Made by a program: the position numbers and the translations under genes | Virus record (IMG/VR): IMGVR_UViG_3300037184_000121 | Location: 1 to 64,000 of that record | Strand: one strand, 5' to 3' | DNA length: 64,000 nucleotides | Source: a virus | Part shown: piece by piece, positions 63,486 to 64,000 of the stretch | How positions within the stretch are numbered: the stretch's first letter is position 1 | How the letters are laid out: each line of letters starts with the position of its first letter | Notes under the pieces: model-generated | Seen by the model: the letters and a program-made list of their open reading frames with translations, nothing else | Database searches by the model: none | What the model was told of the DNA's origin: nothing

Positions 63486-63955
63486 TTGAATCCTACGGTG
63501 TAAGGCTGTGGCCTATTGGGGAAGGCATCCTTCGAGGAAGCTGTCCGATGCATACTAATGTGAATACCCCTTCCTTCACTGTTTATGTCAACACAGATTC
63601 TTACTTTTGTTTCGGGGAAGGCGTTGGTGGAGATGCAGCAAATTTTCTTTCCAGGATGGAACATATCTCATATGCTGAAGCAAAGAAGCGCATGGATGGT
63701 GATACAAGTTTTCAAGAGGAGTTCGATCAGATGATGGATGCGGGATCTGTTAAAGAAGAGATCAGTTACCTTCACCAGCTCAATTCTTCTGCCAGCAAGA
63801 TTTGCCGAGATACCATGTATGCTCATCCAGAGCAAGTAGGTAACATTCTAACGTTTTTACAGAGACTTGATAAAGATGTATTGACAAAACCAGTAACTAG
63901 AGATATACTTAAGCAGGGAATAGAGGAATCGTGGAATCTGAGAGGTGGTTTATGA
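63458..63955 (+). CDS. CHC2 zinc-finger (primase Zn-binding domain) protein
   Basis: CPMH...TPSFTVY....YFCFG.G.GGDA..F. Confidence 0.85.
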   Translation: MPRLTIKELVESYGVRLWPIGEGILRGSCPMHTNVNTPSFTVYVNTDSYFCFGEGVGGDAANFLSRMEHISYAEAKKRMDGDTSFQEEFDQMMDAGSVKEEISYLHQLNSSASKICRDTMYAHPEQVGNILTFLQRLDKDVLTKPVTRDILKQGIEESWNLRGGL

Positions 63956-64000
63956 AATACAATATTTCAAAAAGGTTCAGTGATAGTGTGAAAGCAACTG

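Noticed and set aside
1028-63664. Minus-strand and nested + strand ORFs in the ORF track
   Set aside because: They are shadows of codon-biased + strand genes, with no RBS or recognisable motifs
1-64000. CRISPR array
   Set aside because: No regularly spaced identical repeats; repeats are coding modules or promoters
1-64000. Alternative genetic code (stop recoding)
   Set aside because: Genes are long and tightly packed in the standard code, and TAG/TGA end genes at sensible boundaries

Overview
This window is part of the genome of a large, AT-rich tailed bacteriophage with a contractile (myovirus-type) tail. Essentially all credible genes are on the + strand in the standard genetic code. About 1-46 kb is virion morphogenesis: many large Thr/Ser/Gly/Ala-rich fibre or decoration proteins, head-tail joining proteins, sheath, tube, a -1 frameshifted chaperone pair, tape measure, baseplate, tail fibres, a candidate lysis pair and peptidases. 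About 46-64 kb is an early/accessory and replication region driven by near-consensus sigma70 promoters. It encodes MetAP, an LMW phosphatase, an SF2 helicase, a metallophosphoesterase, a tRNA-like RNA, an autotransporter-like adhesin, a BT1 folate/biopterin transporter, many small Cys-rich proteins, a DnaB helicase and a primase Zn finger. About ten homing-endonuclease-like genes are scattered throughout. The most striking observations are: (1) ice-binding (DUF3494-type) beta-solenoid domains inserted into three tail proteins, including the sheath; (2) at least eight small proteins sharing a C-terminal DNL[KR]YLE motif; (3) promoters positioned to make leaderless mRNAs, sharing an AGATAA spacer box; (4) a MetAP with an apparent non-AUG start; (5) a YwlE-type (protein-arginine) phosphatase motif; (6) a split baseplate-wedge C-terminus. 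All calls come from reading motifs by eye. No database search was run, and host and habitat cannot be determined from this window.
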